The notes beneath the pieces are model-generated. The model saw nothing but the letters and a program-made list of their open reading frames with translations. It was not told the origin of the DNA and made no database searches. From positions 248,001 to 312,000 of the IMG/VR virus record IMGVR_UViG_3300045970_000794: DNA of 64,000 nt; one strand, given 5' to 3'. Every line of letters starts with the position of its first letter. The stretch's first letter is position 1. This document shows, piece after piece, positions 19,796-30,125 of the stretch. A program made the translations under genes and the position numbers.

Positions 19796-20011
19796 TTATT
19801 TTTTTCTTCTAATAACCACTTTTGAAAGCTGTTCTTTCAAAACTTTGTTAACTTGTTCTTCAATTACTGAAGCTTGTTTTTTTTCCATTTCAGTAATCCA
19901 TTCTTTTTTCTTTTCAGCTACTGCTTCAGCAACAATACCTTCAAGCATTTTTACCATGTCAGATTCTTTAACTCTAACAACTTTAACTGGATTTGACGTT
20001 TCTTTTGCCAT
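19796..20011 (-). CDS. Hypothetical protein
   Basis: 71 aa, charged helix. Confidence 0.6.
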   Translation of the reverse strand: MAKETSNPVKVVRVKESDMVKMLEGIVAEAVAEKKKEWITEMEKKQASVIEEQVNKVLKEQLSKVVIRRKK

Positions 20012-20107
20012 AATATGCGATTTTAATTAATTAATTTATAGTTATGCACTTAGTCATAAATAAATATAATCAATTAATTGAAAAATCACATACCATGAAA
20101 AAAAAAA

Positions 20108-20584
20108 TTATTTCTTAGCGTATCGGTCAGCGTTGAATGAAGCACAGAATGCGTCTGGTTTTACTTTGTAATCATAACCCATACCCATGATGTAACCTAC
20201 AGCTTGACTCATAGACTTATTTGAATCCCATTTTTCGTTTGAATTAATATCAACGTGGATTTCTAATTTAACATCATATAATTCAAGTAATGGATTAATT
20301 TCATAAGCAATTTCAATTGACTTATAAACTTCCTTCAATAATTTCTGATTAAGAGTTATCTTGTGAGGTTCAATGATTTCAGTATACATAAGTTTACCAC
20401 CTTTACCTTCAGATACTAAGGCAATCATCGTTACAAACTTATGACCACGGCCTTTTCGCTGTGCATCAGTTCCAACACATACTCTTACTTTATTACCTTT
20501 TTTTTGTTCGATAATAATTAATTTTTCTAAATAATCAATGATTGGTTCATTGATTGGTCCGTTTTCTGCTCTTGTCCATTTCAT
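20108..20584 (-). CDS. RNase H-like YkuK (DUF458) family protein
   Basis: VCVGTDAQ, EVYKSIEIA, EIHVDIN, ADRY. Confidence 0.75.
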   Translation of the reverse strand: MKWTRAENGPINEPIIDYLEKLIIIEQKKGNKVRVCVGTDAQRKGRGHKFVTMIALVSEGKGGKLMYTEIIEPHKITLNQKLLKEVYKSIEIAYEINPLLELYDVKLEIHVDINSNEKWDSNKSMSQAVGYIMGMGYDYKVKPDAFCASFNADRYAKK

Positions 20585-20618
20585 AATACAACTTTTTTAT
20601 TTATTTATTATTAAAAAA

Positions 20619-20639
20619 AAAGCCCCTAATTGGGGCTTT
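20619..20639. terminator. Intrinsic terminator
   Basis: AAAGCCCC-TAATT-GGGGCTTT; same family as 6193 and 11654. Confidence 0.75.
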
Positions 20640-22095
20640 AATTATTTTGTCCGTCCACTATATGTGTGGATGGTAGAAGTTTTTTAAGCTTCTTATAATT
20701 TGATTCACCAATATCTTTTTCACTTACCGTGATACGAAACAAGCTACCACCTCTCGTTTTATCTAGTTCCGCAATTTCATCTGGAATATTCTCAATAGGG
20801 TTACCTATTAAGTTCATAAAGTCCAAATTCTTTAATTTACCAATTTCTTTAGGTAAAGATTTAATTTTATTACCCGAAATTGATAATAATTCTAATTTTG
20901 TTAAATTACCAATTGATGGGTGTAATTCATGCATATCTAATTTCATTAATAGTAATGAATCTAAATTCTTAAATTTTGATATATCAGGTAATTTAGGTAC
21001 CACTCTATTTTGTAATTTTAACATTGGTATATCAGCATCTAAAAAATCGAATAAACTTTCAGTAAAACCAAATTGAATTAAAAAGTCTAAATATAAATTA
21101 TTATCTATCGTCTTTAATTGTCTAGCCATACTGTCTAGCTCAGCGTGAAAGAATTCTGAAACACCCTCACTCGTTGATAAAATTGGTTCATATATATTAA
21201 CATTTGAACCATTTGTTCTATCTTTTATTTGCCTAGTCTCAAAATGAATTTGATAACATTCTTTTGATTCACCAGTAAACAATTTATTATTTATTATAAT
21301 ATAAATATTCGAATTTTTACCATTAGGCTTTTTGCTATTTTTAGTGTAACTGTCGAACATTGAATTACCAGGTTTAGTTGTACACCAACCAGCAAAATTA
21401 TTCATAACACAATTCGCATCAGTAGTTAATGGAATGAAAATAGTCCATTTCCTATCACGATATGGAATAATCGCTTGACCTAAATTAACAAAATTATTCA
21501 TTTGCCTCTCTAAATTTGAAGCTTCTCTCTCCATAAATGGGTCTACAGCATCAAATAACTGTGATAAAGAACGATATTGATTAATGTTTGATGCGTTATA
21601 TTTTAAATCTTCCCATTTTAAATTCGTTTCATCTTTATGGTGATTAAGCCATTTCCGATGTTCATTCGTATTACACCACTCAATAAATTTATGTTTACGT
21701 TTATTTTTTTCAAATAAAATTAAATATTCTTTAGCTACAGTTAAATCTTCTTCCGAAAATCTAATTGCATCTGGAATTCGCTCATCTTTAATTAAACGTT
21801 TAAATGTATTCAACATCCATTGAAGATTAGTTTTATTAACAGTTGGGTCAGCAAGAATCATATTAGTGAATATTTTTGCACTAACAGATATTTTAACTGT
21901 TGGCTTTCTTTTATCCTCTAATGTAATTTTTTTAATCGCAATTATATCATTAGATAGTCCTCTAATAAATTCATAATGAATTATATTATTCTTATCATTT
22001 GCTGATTCCTCAATTGCTTTAGCTTCTTCTACTGTAAAAACATCAAATTCTTTTGCTAAATAAATTAAACGCTCTTTATTATTAACATTACTCAT
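20638..22095 (-). CDS. Protein with C-terminal leucine-rich repeats
   Basis: LHPSIGNLTKLELLSISGNKIKSLPKEIGKLKNLDFMNLIGNPIENIPDEI. Confidence 0.8.
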   Translation of the reverse strand: MSNVNNKERLIYLAKEFDVFTVEEAKAIEESANDKNNIIHYEFIRGLSNDIIAIKKITLEDKRKPTVKISVSAKIFTNMILADPTVNKTNLQWMLNTFKRLIKDERIPDAIRFSEEDLTVAKEYLILFEKNKRKHKFIEWCNTNEHRKWLNHHKDETNLKWEDLKYNASNINQYRSLSQLFDAVDPFMEREASNLERQMNNFVNLGQAIIPYRDRKWTIFIPLTTDANCVMNNFAGWCTTKPGNSMFDSYTKNSKKPNGKNSNIYIIINNKLFTGESKECYQIHFETRQIKDRTNGSNVNIYEPILSTSEGVSEFFHAELDSMARQLKTIDNNLYLDFLIQFGFTESLFDFLDADIPMLKLQNRVVPKLPDISKFKNLDSLLLMKLDMHELHPSIGNLTKLELLSISGNKIKSLPKEIGKLKNLDFMNLIGNPIENIPDEIAELDKTRGGSLFRITVSEKDIGESNYKKLKKLLPSTHIVDGQNN

Positions 22096-22111
22096 AATAA
22101 AATATTTTATA

Positions 22112-22142
22112 CAAATATACTATTTTATGTTCAAAATGTCAA
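22112..22142 (-). promoter_or_regulatory. Promoter for the LRR gene
   Basis: TTGACA-17-TATATTTG (TAnnTTTG -7 box). Confidence 0.6.
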
Positions 22143-23197
22143 CTTTTTTTATTTATTAATTCATTTATTACTTCAATAACTAAGTTTGGTGTTGTAACTA
22201 ATGTAGTTGAATAATCAACATTATTCAAATCTTGATTAGCAGTAATTCTACTGATACCAGATTTAAATTCATGCCACCATGGAGTTACATCACTAATCAT
22301 AACCACATGCGTTCCAACCGCCCACGATAGCCAAGCTAAACCAGAGCTAACACCAATATAAAATTCAGCACCCTCAATGTCTGAAATCCTATCTTTCAAT
22401 TCAATTGGACCCGTTTTATTAATTACATTATTTAATTGGGTTGGTTCCTTTGAAATTACTACCACTTTAAAACCGTTTTCGTTTAAGTAGTCAACAATTA
22501 ATTGCCAACCACCAGCATATTTCCACGATTTATCAGTTGAACTACCGAATTCCGAAATGCAGACATATTTCCCACCATAATCTTTTTTTGGTAAATCACG
22601 ATAACCAATTTTTGGTTTAACTTCCACATAATCTAAACCTAATGTTTTAGATGCGACCTTTTGTAATGTCACATTAGTTGATATTACAGGTGAATATTTA
22701 AAATTAATTTCAGTTACCGCACCAATATAGAATTGACTGTATAAGTTTTTAATTACTGTATTAGGTTCAACAAATAATATTTCTGGGTATTCGGTGTAGA
22801 ATAAATGGTTATGAAATGTTGAACATATCATATCACAATTATATTTCTTTCGATACTCTTCTACATACGGCATCCACGCTATGTTATCACCCAATGCATA
22901 AGCATCAATCTTAATATAAACTTTTTTAAATGTAGGGTCATATTCATTCGAATAAACAATCTCATTTTTAGAATTAATAACATGAATCAACCAATCAATA
23001 TGCCATTGCCTACTACCAATGATTGTATTATTTATAGCACAATCGCCACTAAAAATCAATTCATTGGTATTTTTATCGATGAATAAAACGTGAAATACTT
23101 CAGTATTATTTGGATTACCAAATATCGTGACTTTTGGATTATGGCCTTCTAATGGGTTAGTGACAACATAATCTACTTTAAAATTAACATCTAACAT
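22139..23197 (-). CDS. Glycosyltransferase, autotransporter O-heptosyltransferase/GT9-like
   Basis: ALGDNIAWMP, FYIGVSSGLAWLSWAVG..VMIS. Confidence 0.75.
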   Translation of the reverse strand: MLDVNFKVDYVVTNPLEGHNPKVTIFGNPNNTEVFHVLFIDKNTNELIFSGDCAINNTIIGSRQWHIDWLIHVINSKNEIVYSNEYDPTFKKVYIKIDAYALGDNIAWMPYVEEYRKKYNCDMICSTFHNHLFYTEYPEILFVEPNTVIKNLYSQFYIGAVTEINFKYSPVISTNVTLQKVASKTLGLDYVEVKPKIGYRDLPKKDYGGKYVCISEFGSSTDKSWKYAGGWQLIVDYLNENGFKVVVISKEPTQLNNVINKTGPIELKDRISDIEGAEFYIGVSSGLAWLSWAVGTHVVMISDVTPWWHEFKSGISRITANQDLNNVDYSTTLVTTPNLVIEVINELINKKS

Positions 23198-23207
23198 GAA
23201 ACAATAT

Positions 23208-23537
23208 TTAATGATTTATAGCGAAACTGATTATTTTTTGATGTAGTCTAACTAATTCTGGTGTATGATTAATTGATTTATTAATAACATCAATACAAAC
23301 TTTACTCGGGTTTTCATTATCCGTTAATCTATATTGCAATTCTTTAACTAACATCATATTTTTGATATTATTTTTTAACTCTAATATCACTTGATTATAC
23401 GTGGCCCACTCATCTTTAACACAAAACTCACCCAACAAAAGCTTTTCGGTAATTGTTTCCTCATACTTATGTTCCAAAAAGGTCTGAAATTCTCCATACC
23501 GTTCTCTTAGGGCTGATTTTATTCGAGTTGAGTCCAT
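23208..23537 (-). CDS. Hypothetical protein
   Basis: 109 aa ORF. Confidence 0.6.
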   Translation of the reverse strand: MDSTRIKSALRERYGEFQTFLEHKYEETITEKLLLGEFCVKDEWATYNQVILELKNNIKNMMLVKELQYRLTDNENPSKVCIDVINKSINHTPELVRLHQKIISFAINH

Positions 23538-23794
23538 TATGTTTTGATGTGAATATTCATTAACGTTTGATAAATCTCATTCTCATCTAGCTCTAGCTCA
23601 TTAGATAATATTTTCGATAATTCTTTAAATAGTTTAAGTACCCCTAGATATATCTTATCTTTAAGTTTATCATCCACTTCAGTTTTTTTAACCTTACCCC
23701 TAATTGAGTAATAATTTATCATACTACGGGCTATTAGCTTGGTCTCAACAGGATAATTTTTTTCACAGTATTTTATGATAAAGTCATTGCTCAT
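23537..23794 (-). CDS. Hypothetical protein
   Basis: 85 aa, coupled stop/start. Confidence 0.6.
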   Translation of the reverse strand: MSNDFIIKYCEKNYPVETKLIARSMINYYSIRGKVKKTEVDDKLKDKIYLGVLKLFKELSKILSNELELDENEIYQTLMNIHIKT

Positions 23795-24114
23795 TACATT
23801 GGAATATTAGCTGATAACTGGAAATTTCCGTCCTTAAACTTACCATTAATCCAATCATTTATTACTTGTGCTATGAATTTAATATCAACATTAGTGAATT
23901 TAGATTTAATGTAATCAATTAAATTATCTTTTAAAATCACTTCCCCATCAACCTTACTTACAATACTTGGTTCAGTACTATATTCGTCTAAGGTTTCATC
24001 CCGTTTTACGCCGATTTTAGGTTCGTATGATGTATTCAAAAACCTAACCATTTTCTCAATGACAGTTTGTTGATTTTCATTAACCAATTCCTTATAAATT
24101 TTTATGATATTCAT
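23794..24114 (-). CDS. Hypothetical protein
   Basis: 106 aa, coupled stop/start. Confidence 0.6.
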   Translation of the reverse strand: MNIIKIYKELVNENQQTVIEKMVRFLNTSYEPKIGVKRDETLDEYSTEPSIVSKVDGEVILKDNLIDYIKSKFTNVDIKFIAQVINDWINGKFKDGNFQLSANIPM

Positions 24115-24177
24115 ATTAATAATTACTTTATTATAAATATCAGATAATATAGGACAAATTCAATTTATACTTTAAAC

Positions 24178-24567
24178 TTACCTATTAAACACCTTTTCAA
24201 CTGAATTATAAAACAAATCAATTGAAATTTTAGCCACTTCTTCGAATTCAACATATGATTTATCGTAAAAGAAATGACTTATTAAATAATAAGCTTCATC
24301 AATATTGAATCCAAATATATCAATTATCTTTTCAATTAATTCAGCTTGAATATTAATAGTATCCTTAGATGCCCACACTGATTTATTATTAACACTTGCC
24401 AATGTATTAATTTCTAATCGTAGTTTATCGCACCAATGAGTGAAAGTCCTAAATTTACCTTTTTTTCTAAATATTTTAATTGCTTCTTCACAAATAAATA
24501 AATCAATACGGTTCCGCATTCTATTATTCATTTGATTAAACATTAATTCTATTTTATTATTTTCCAT
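24178..24567 (-). CDS. Hypothetical protein
   Basis: 129 aa; TATCTTTG box at 24577-24584. Confidence 0.6.
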   Translation of the reverse strand: MENNKIELMFNQMNNRMRNRIDLFICEEAIKIFRKKGKFRTFTHWCDKLRLEINTLASVNNKSVWASKDTINIQAELIEKIIDIFGFNIDEAYYLISHFFYDKSYVEFEEVAKISIDLFYNSVEKVFNR

Positions 24568-24627
24568 AATTATTCACAAAGATATTGATTTTTTAATTAA
24601 AAATCACTATATTTCAATAAAAAGTTT

Positions 24628-25041
24628 ATGGAAATCGATTTATATTTAAAAAATAAAGTTCAGTCATTCACCACAAAACACTATTATGTTGATGATGATA
24701 ATTATTTAAGAACATCTTCTGATGAATCTTGTTCACCAAGTAACCTTTATGATGATGTTATAAATATCTTTGGTTTGGATAATGATTTTGCGTATTTAGT
24801 AGTGGTTGAGTGGTTATTTATTAATGAAATGGCTAACATTAAACTTGAATGGTGTGGTAGATTCACATCACCTGGTGTCAGCACCATAGAACGTGATAAT
24901 AGTATATGTTTCTCTGGTACTAGCAACGTTGCAATTGGAATGTATGCTAGCTATGGTAATACTGGTGGTTATAGTCATGCTGAGGGTAATAGCTCAACTG
25001 CTGTTTATCATTATGACGATTGCTTTGTAGTTAAAGGATAA
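24628..25041 (+). CDS. Hypothetical protein
   Basis: 137 aa ORF. Confidence 0.55.
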   Translation: MEIDLYLKNKVQSFTTKHYYVDDDNYLRTSSDESCSPSNLYDDVINIFGLDNDFAYLVVVEWLFINEMANIKLEWCGRFTSPGVSTIERDNSICFSGTSNVAIGMYASYGNTGGYSHAEGNSSTAVYHYDDCFVVKG

Positions 25042-25046
25042 TTAAT

Positions 25047-25325
25047 ATGGCTCATGAAGACATTGAGGAAAGAGTTTATAAATATTTGTATCGTCATTTT
25101 CCAATTAAACGATTGAAAGATGATAGTACCAAACGTTTTAGACGTGGAATAGTAATTTACGATTCTTTTACAACTAAAAAAATGTTTTTTAATCCTAAAG
25201 AGAATGCCCATAAACTATATTCAGCAATTTATGATGATTTAGTATTGGTATTTGGATTAAATTCCGAAGATTTAACACCAATATTATTCAAATATCTATA
25301 TTTAAACAAATATTATAAATCTTAA
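25047..25325 (+). CDS. Hypothetical protein
   Basis: 92 aa ORF. Confidence 0.6.
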   Translation: MAHEDIEERVYKYLYRHFPIKRLKDDSTKRFRRGIVIYDSFTTKKMFFNPKENAHKLYSAIYDDLVLVFGLNSEDLTPILFKYLYLNKYYKS

Positions 25326-26269
25326 CCTTTATAATTTACAATAATTTTATCCAATAATGTTTTATTAGCTAAAACATCAATCCATTCAGCTGGAATATTA
25401 TCAACACCGTATAATATGGCCGCTAAGCCACCAGTTACTGCTGCGGTAGTATCAGTATCATCACCTAGGTTTACTGCCTTTAAAACAGCCTCAGAATAGC
25501 TATTACTGTTAATTATACACCAGATACTTGATTCCAATGTTGATATAACAAAACCACTACCCGATATATCATCTTCAACCACATCTTCTAATGTACCTAA
25601 TATCCTATCAAATGGTGACATATCCTTAATAATAGTTGGGTATTGGGTGATGAAATTTCGTATTTTATCTTCAGTTATAATTAATGCGACTAACTTTGCC
25701 ATTCCATAATTAATTTTATCCTTACAATTAATTAATGCGATTGCATATTCAACCAAAAAGAAACAAGCAAACTTACAATTAATATGAGCATGCGTTAAGC
25801 TTGAAACCTCACTAACAATTCGATATCGCTCATCTATTGTCATGTTTTTCACTAATGGAACTAATGCTAATGTCCTCATTAATGAACCATTACCTTGACT
25901 TCCTTGATGTACCCCACCGCATTCAGTCAATGGGTATCGCCTAGATTTAATATTATCAATACCATTGATTGTAGCAATCCCAGCATCGAAAACTTTATTA
26001 TGAGCCGTAAATTCAGCTCCATAATACCAATTAACAAAATTATTTGCGATTTTATCTAGATTATAGCCATCACTAATACCATCGGAAATTGCCAATAGGA
26101 GTGATGTATCGTCAGACCATGTACCAGCTACTTGATTATGACTGCCGTTACCGAACATAGTTGTTACTGGTTTATCTTTTAATCTACTTCGTTTAATAAA
26201 TTCAACTGGTACACCTAATGCATCACCAACTGCGGTGCCATAAACTATGGCATTCATCAATTTATTCAT
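25322..26269 (-). CDS. ADP-ribosylglycohydrolase (DraG/ARH family)
   Basis: GDALGVPVEF, WSDDT, GNGSLMR, GDDTDTTAAVTG. Confidence 0.92.
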   Translation of the reverse strand: MNKLMNAIVYGTAVGDALGVPVEFIKRSRLKDKPVTTMFGNGSHNQVAGTWSDDTSLLLAISDGISDGYNLDKIANNFVNWYYGAEFTAHNKVFDAGIATINGIDNIKSRRYPLTECGGVHQGSQGNGSLMRTLALVPLVKNMTIDERYRIVSEVSSLTHAHINCKFACFFLVEYAIALINCKDKINYGMAKLVALIITEDKIRNFITQYPTIIKDMSPFDRILGTLEDVVEDDISGSGFVISTLESSIWCIINSNSYSEAVLKAVNLGDDTDTTAAVTGGLAAILYGVDNIPAEWIDVLANKTLLDKIIVNYKG

Positions 26270-26280
26270 TTATATAAGAT

Positions 26281-26856
26281 TTAATTTATTTTCTGAAATA
26301 TTAGTTCATTAAAATATTTGCAATTATAACCATTAATATTTTCATATGCTTCCTGTACATAGAATTTAACAATGTTATTATTATAATCATCCAAATATGC
26401 TCTAATTACCCTAGAAGAACCACCAAGATTCATTTGATTTGGGTTCGTAATTGATGGGTCCTCAACGATAGTCCAATTATTTTGAGTTACATAAAACCCA
26501 TATAATTCAGTTGAATCACCATTTAAAATAAATTTACCATAACCTGGTACTTGATTAGGTTTAGTAAATTCCCAAGTAGTAATGTTTTTCTCAATAACTT
26601 CGAAATCAATCATAGCACCAGAATACCTTAAACTACTAGTTAGTTTAGTTGGGTTGAAATGCGAATATTTAATTTTTTGGCCAGTAGTCGAGTTTTCAAT
26701 ATACATGTACGCATCCAATAATAACCATTTACCATAAATGGATACGCTGGGTGTTTGTGTTGTATCTTGTGTTGTTGGAACTAGAGTTTCCTCTTTTTGA
26801 CAACTAACGAATACTGTCGTTAGTAATACTAAAAAAACTAATAAATACTTTTTCAT
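26281..26856 (-). CDS. Putative lipoprotein
   Basis: MKKYLLVFLVLLTTVFVSC lipobox. Confidence 0.7.
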   Translation of the reverse strand: MKKYLLVFLVLLTTVFVSCQKEETLVPTTQDTTQTPSVSIYGKWLLLDAYMYIENSTTGQKIKYSHFNPTKLTSSLRYSGAMIDFEVIEKNITTWEFTKPNQVPGYGKFILNGDSTELYGFYVTQNNWTIVEDPSITNPNQMNLGGSSRVIRAYLDDYNNNIVKFYVQEAYENINGYNCKYFNELIFQKIN

Positions 26857-26929
26857 GATTATAGCGTTTTAATTTGACTACAAAGATAAAAAAAATATTT
26901 GGAATAAAAAAATTTTTTAAGCTATTTTT

Positions 26930-27658
26930 TTATTTTTTTGATTCTTGGTATTGCTGAAGTATTGTTCTTCTAAGGTTAAGGTCATTTAAAATATCTAACA
27001 CACTCACACCATGCTTTAACGCATAATCTCTTAATGCTAATTTTTCTTCCATAGGACTTAATGTTAGTCTATTCTTCTTAGCATCATTCATTTTAGCTAA
27101 TTCAGAATCTTTCCTTTCTTTTTTTCTAGCTAATAAATAATCTTTCTGTTGTATTTCTTTAGAATCGGTTGTATACACATCCTCACCTTCAATATTATTA
27201 CTCAAAAATTCTAAGATATCATTCCCGAAGAAAGCTAATACTTTAATCACAGCATCTTCCATTGGTGATTTACCAACTGGTTTACATGTTTTTTCTGGCT
27301 GGTCTGGGTGTTGAATATTAGTACATGATTTAACGAAGAAAGTCCTTTTTTGACCATAACCACTATCATTATAAGTACCAGCCTCACGTTTATCTAAAAT
27401 TGAAGTCATTTTACCCATAAAGTTTCCATTAGGATATAAATCAATTTGATAAAGGCCGTCACCATGATATAAATCACCATAATTTGGGTTTGATGCAACT
27501 AATTTCATTGCATTAAAAATTCGTTCTTTGGCTTTTGTGATAACAGCATCACTTGATTTAGCGGTTATTTTACCGCCGCTAGGATTGGATGGTGTATGTG
27601 TGGATAGTCTACCCTCAGTTAATTTCCTTCTTAATATTTTCTGAATCAAATCATACAT
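26930..27658 (-). CDS. Hypothetical protein
   Basis: 242 aa; ATATTTATA upstream. Confidence 0.65.
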   Translation of the reverse strand: MYDLIQKILRRKLTEGRLSTHTPSNPSGGKITAKSSDAVITKAKERIFNAMKLVASNPNYGDLYHGDGLYQIDLYPNGNFMGKMTSILDKREAGTYNDSGYGQKRTFFVKSCTNIQHPDQPEKTCKPVGKSPMEDAVIKVLAFFGNDILEFLSNNIEGEDVYTTDSKEIQQKDYLLARKKERKDSELAKMNDAKKNRLTLSPMEEKLALRDYALKHGVSVLDILNDLNLRRTILQQYQESKK

Positions 27659-27689
27659 AGTTGATTATTTTCATATAAATATCTAGAAA

Positions 27690-27974
27690 TTAAAACAAAT
27701 CAACCTCTTCCTCATCTTTAATAAGAGTATGGCAACCAAGATATGGTGCTATTTTTTCGAGTGTTTCATCCTTACAATATAATAATGAATAATTATAGTG
27801 TATTAATATTTCACCCTCCATTATTTCATGTAATACTGTAGAAATTTCACTATGATTGAAGAATACCATTTCAATAACATTCCAATCTAGTCTATATAGA
27901 CAATAGTCATAATCGTCTAACCATTTAAAAGGGGTTGTTTCCCCATACTTTTGTTTTTTTCTTATTATTTTCAT
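27690..27974 (-). CDS. Hypothetical protein
   Basis: 94 aa ORF. Confidence 0.55.
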   Translation of the reverse strand: MKIIRKKQKYGETTPFKWLDDYDYCLYRLDWNVIEMVFFNHSEISTVLHEIMEGEILIHYNYSLLYCKDETLEKIAPYLGCHTLIKDEEEVDLF

Positions 27975-27982
27975 ATCCTAAT

Positions 27983-28501
27983 TTAACATTCGTTTACCCT
28001 ATCAATAGATTTTAATTTCATTTTAAGACGGTATACATACTTTTCATCCCAATCCACATTGTTTTTATCGCAGCAATCAGTACATGCTATACCATGTACC
28101 TTATTATACCTATATAATTTACCATTACATACTGGACATTCATACTCATAATTGTAACTAGGTACATTAATATCATTAGCATCAACGGTTGTTTTACCAT
28201 TACCACCTATTTTAATAAAGATTTTACGCCAATTATCACAATGTAATGCGCTTTTATATCTTATATATGCTAATGCATGAGCAATTTCATGAATTATAGT
28301 ATCAATAATCACATCCATATTATCATTTACATTACATAAAGAAACAGAATATGATAATGTAATCGTTTTATTAACAAAATCACAAGTACCGAAAGAAATT
28401 TTTGATGAATTAAACCCAAATTTCCAACCACGAGCTAATAATCCATGTTCATACATTAATTCCATAGCGTTTTTAGCGACATCTAATAATTTTTCTTTCA
28501 T
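27983..28501 (-). CDS. SprT-like zinc metalloprotease
   Basis: IIHEIAHA..H..W, C-terminal CxxC pairs; ATG at 28501. Confidence 0.8.
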   Translation of the reverse strand: MKEKLLDVAKNAMELMYEHGLLARGWKFGFNSSKISFGTCDFVNKTITLSYSVSLCNVNDNMDVIIDTIIHEIAHALAYIRYKSALHCDNWRKIFIKIGGNGKTTVDANDINVPSYNYEYECPVCNGKLYRYNKVHGIACTDCCDKNNVDWDEKYVYRLKMKLKSIDRVNEC

Positions 28502-28580
28502 ACTTTGCAAAGATACAACAATTTACTTCAATTTTCAAGATAAATAGTGAAAAATATTTGCATTTTAATTTTATTTATAT

Positions 28581-28588
28581 TATCTTTG
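28581..28588 (+). promoter_or_regulatory. Bacteroidota -7 box
   Basis: TATCTTTG with TTTG about 20 nt upstream. Confidence 0.65.
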
Positions 28589-28610
28589 CCATTAAATTAA
28601 TTAAAATATC

Positions 28611-29294
28611 ATGAAAAATAAAGAAATCGAAAGAAAATTCCTAATTAATGAGCTTGATTTACCAGACCTTTCATTATTATCCTATATGGATATAACCCAA
28701 GGGTATTTACCTGATATGTGTAACTCATATACCTATCGATTACGACATGTATTACATTATTCATGTGATAAAAGCGTTGTGGGTGAAGAATATTTCCAAA
28801 CTATTAAAGGTAAAGGTACCAAAATGCGCCCAGAATACGAAATTAATATGATGTATCAACAATTTCATGAACTATGGCCCCTATGTAGTGAAGTTACTAT
28901 ACATAAACATAGGTATATTATCAATTCACTTAATGACCCAACTGAACATTACTACTTAGACATATATAAAAATGGTGTATTAGGATTATATACTGTAGAA
29001 GTTGAGTTTAAAACATTAGAAGAATGTAATTCATTTATACCACCAGACTGGTTTGGTGTTGAATTAACCGAAGATTCTAGGTTTAGTAATTATTCATTAG
29101 CCATGAATGGGTTCTATGATATAATTGGTAATGGTTATATGTGGAAATGTGTTGACTGTGAAAAAGAATTCTTTAAAAAACCTAAACATATCTGCGTTAA
29201 TGGTGTTAAAAATAACTCACCAAAATTTTTATTCATACCATCTAATTTGAAGCCAGATATTGATTTAAATAAAGGGTTTAGAGCTTTAGAATAA
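28611..29294 (+). CDS. CYTH domain protein
   Basis: EIERKFL N-terminal motif, VEVEF, YSNxSLA-like motif. Confidence 0.85.
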   Translation: MKNKEIERKFLINELDLPDLSLLSYMDITQGYLPDMCNSYTYRLRHVLHYSCDKSVVGEEYFQTIKGKGTKMRPEYEINMMYQQFHELWPLCSEVTIHKHRYIINSLNDPTEHYYLDIYKNGVLGLYTVEVEFKTLEECNSFIPPDWFGVELTEDSRFSNYSLAMNGFYDIIGNGYMWKCVDCEKEFFKKPKHICVNGVKNNSPKFLFIPSNLKPDIDLNKGFRALE

Positions 29295-29335
29295 AAATTT
29301 ATCAATAAAAACTTGTTTATTAAAATTATTATTTA

Positions 29336-29343
29336 TATCTTTG
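29336..29343 (+). promoter_or_regulatory. -7 box for the envelope operon
   Basis: TATCTTTG 34 nt before ATG 29378. Confidence 0.6.
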
Positions 29344-29377
29344 CAGTTCAAATTGTAAAACTAAATTATTAAAATTT

Positions 29378-30091
29378 ATGGGATTCCTACAAAAATTAGG
29401 TCTGGTTGAAGAAACCGAACCTGTGGTAGAAGAAACTACCGAACAAATACCTTCAGAAACAAAAACTGTTGTGGCTAAAACTGAAGTAAAACAAACCACA
29501 CCTAAAAAATCAACTCTATCTTTTGCTCCATCAACTACAACATCATCAATTGGTGGTGCTATCGTTGGTAAAGTTAATAGCGACATATATGATAAGTTGT
29601 CAGTTGCTATTGAAGAAAACAATTTAGATGGTAATGATTTCTTAGAATTCATGCAGTCATTAACTAAAATGGCTAATCTTGTTGTTGATGAAAAAACCAA
29701 ATATAATATGGTTTTCGCAACATTAACTACTTCATCTGGTGGTATGACTTTAGACCATTTGATTGATTCTATCTCACATTATATTAATGTGATTAACAAT
29801 GAAAAATCTACATTTAAATCTGAAATGCAGAATGCATCCGCTGAAATGGTTGGTGAAAAAGAAAAAGCTGTTGAAACATTAACTAAAACTGCTCAAGAAA
29901 AAGCCGACCTTATCCAAAAATTAACCCAAGAAATTCAAGAAATTAATGGTGATATTAATACGCTTAAATCTGAATCCGAAGAATCGAAAGTTGTTATCGC
30001 TCAGAAAGAAGCTGATTTTGATGTTACCGTTAAACAATTAGAATCTCAAATTCTTGAGTTTAAAGATAAAATCGTTCAACATATCAAATAA
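29378..30091 (+). CDS. Coiled-coil protein, first gene of the envelope operon
   Basis: DFLEFMQSL motif, long heptad C-terminus. Confidence 0.7.
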   Translation: MGFLQKLGLVEETEPVVEETTEQIPSETKTVVAKTEVKQTTPKKSTLSFAPSTTTSSIGGAIVGKVNSDIYDKLSVAIEENNLDGNDFLEFMQSLTKMANLVVDEKTKYNMVFATLTTSSGGMTLDHLIDSISHYINVINNEKSTFKSEMQNASAEMVGEKEKAVETLTKTAQEKADLIQKLTQEIQEINGDINTLKSESEESKVVIAQKEADFDVTVKQLESQILEFKDKIVQHIK

Positions 30092-30125
30092 TTAAATAAA
30101 TTAAATAACTTAAAAAAAAGTAAAA

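Noticed and set aside
22130-22150. A_AAA_AAG at the end of the glycosyltransferase
   Set aside because: The -1 frame closes after three codons; the sequence is the -35/-33 part of the next promoter
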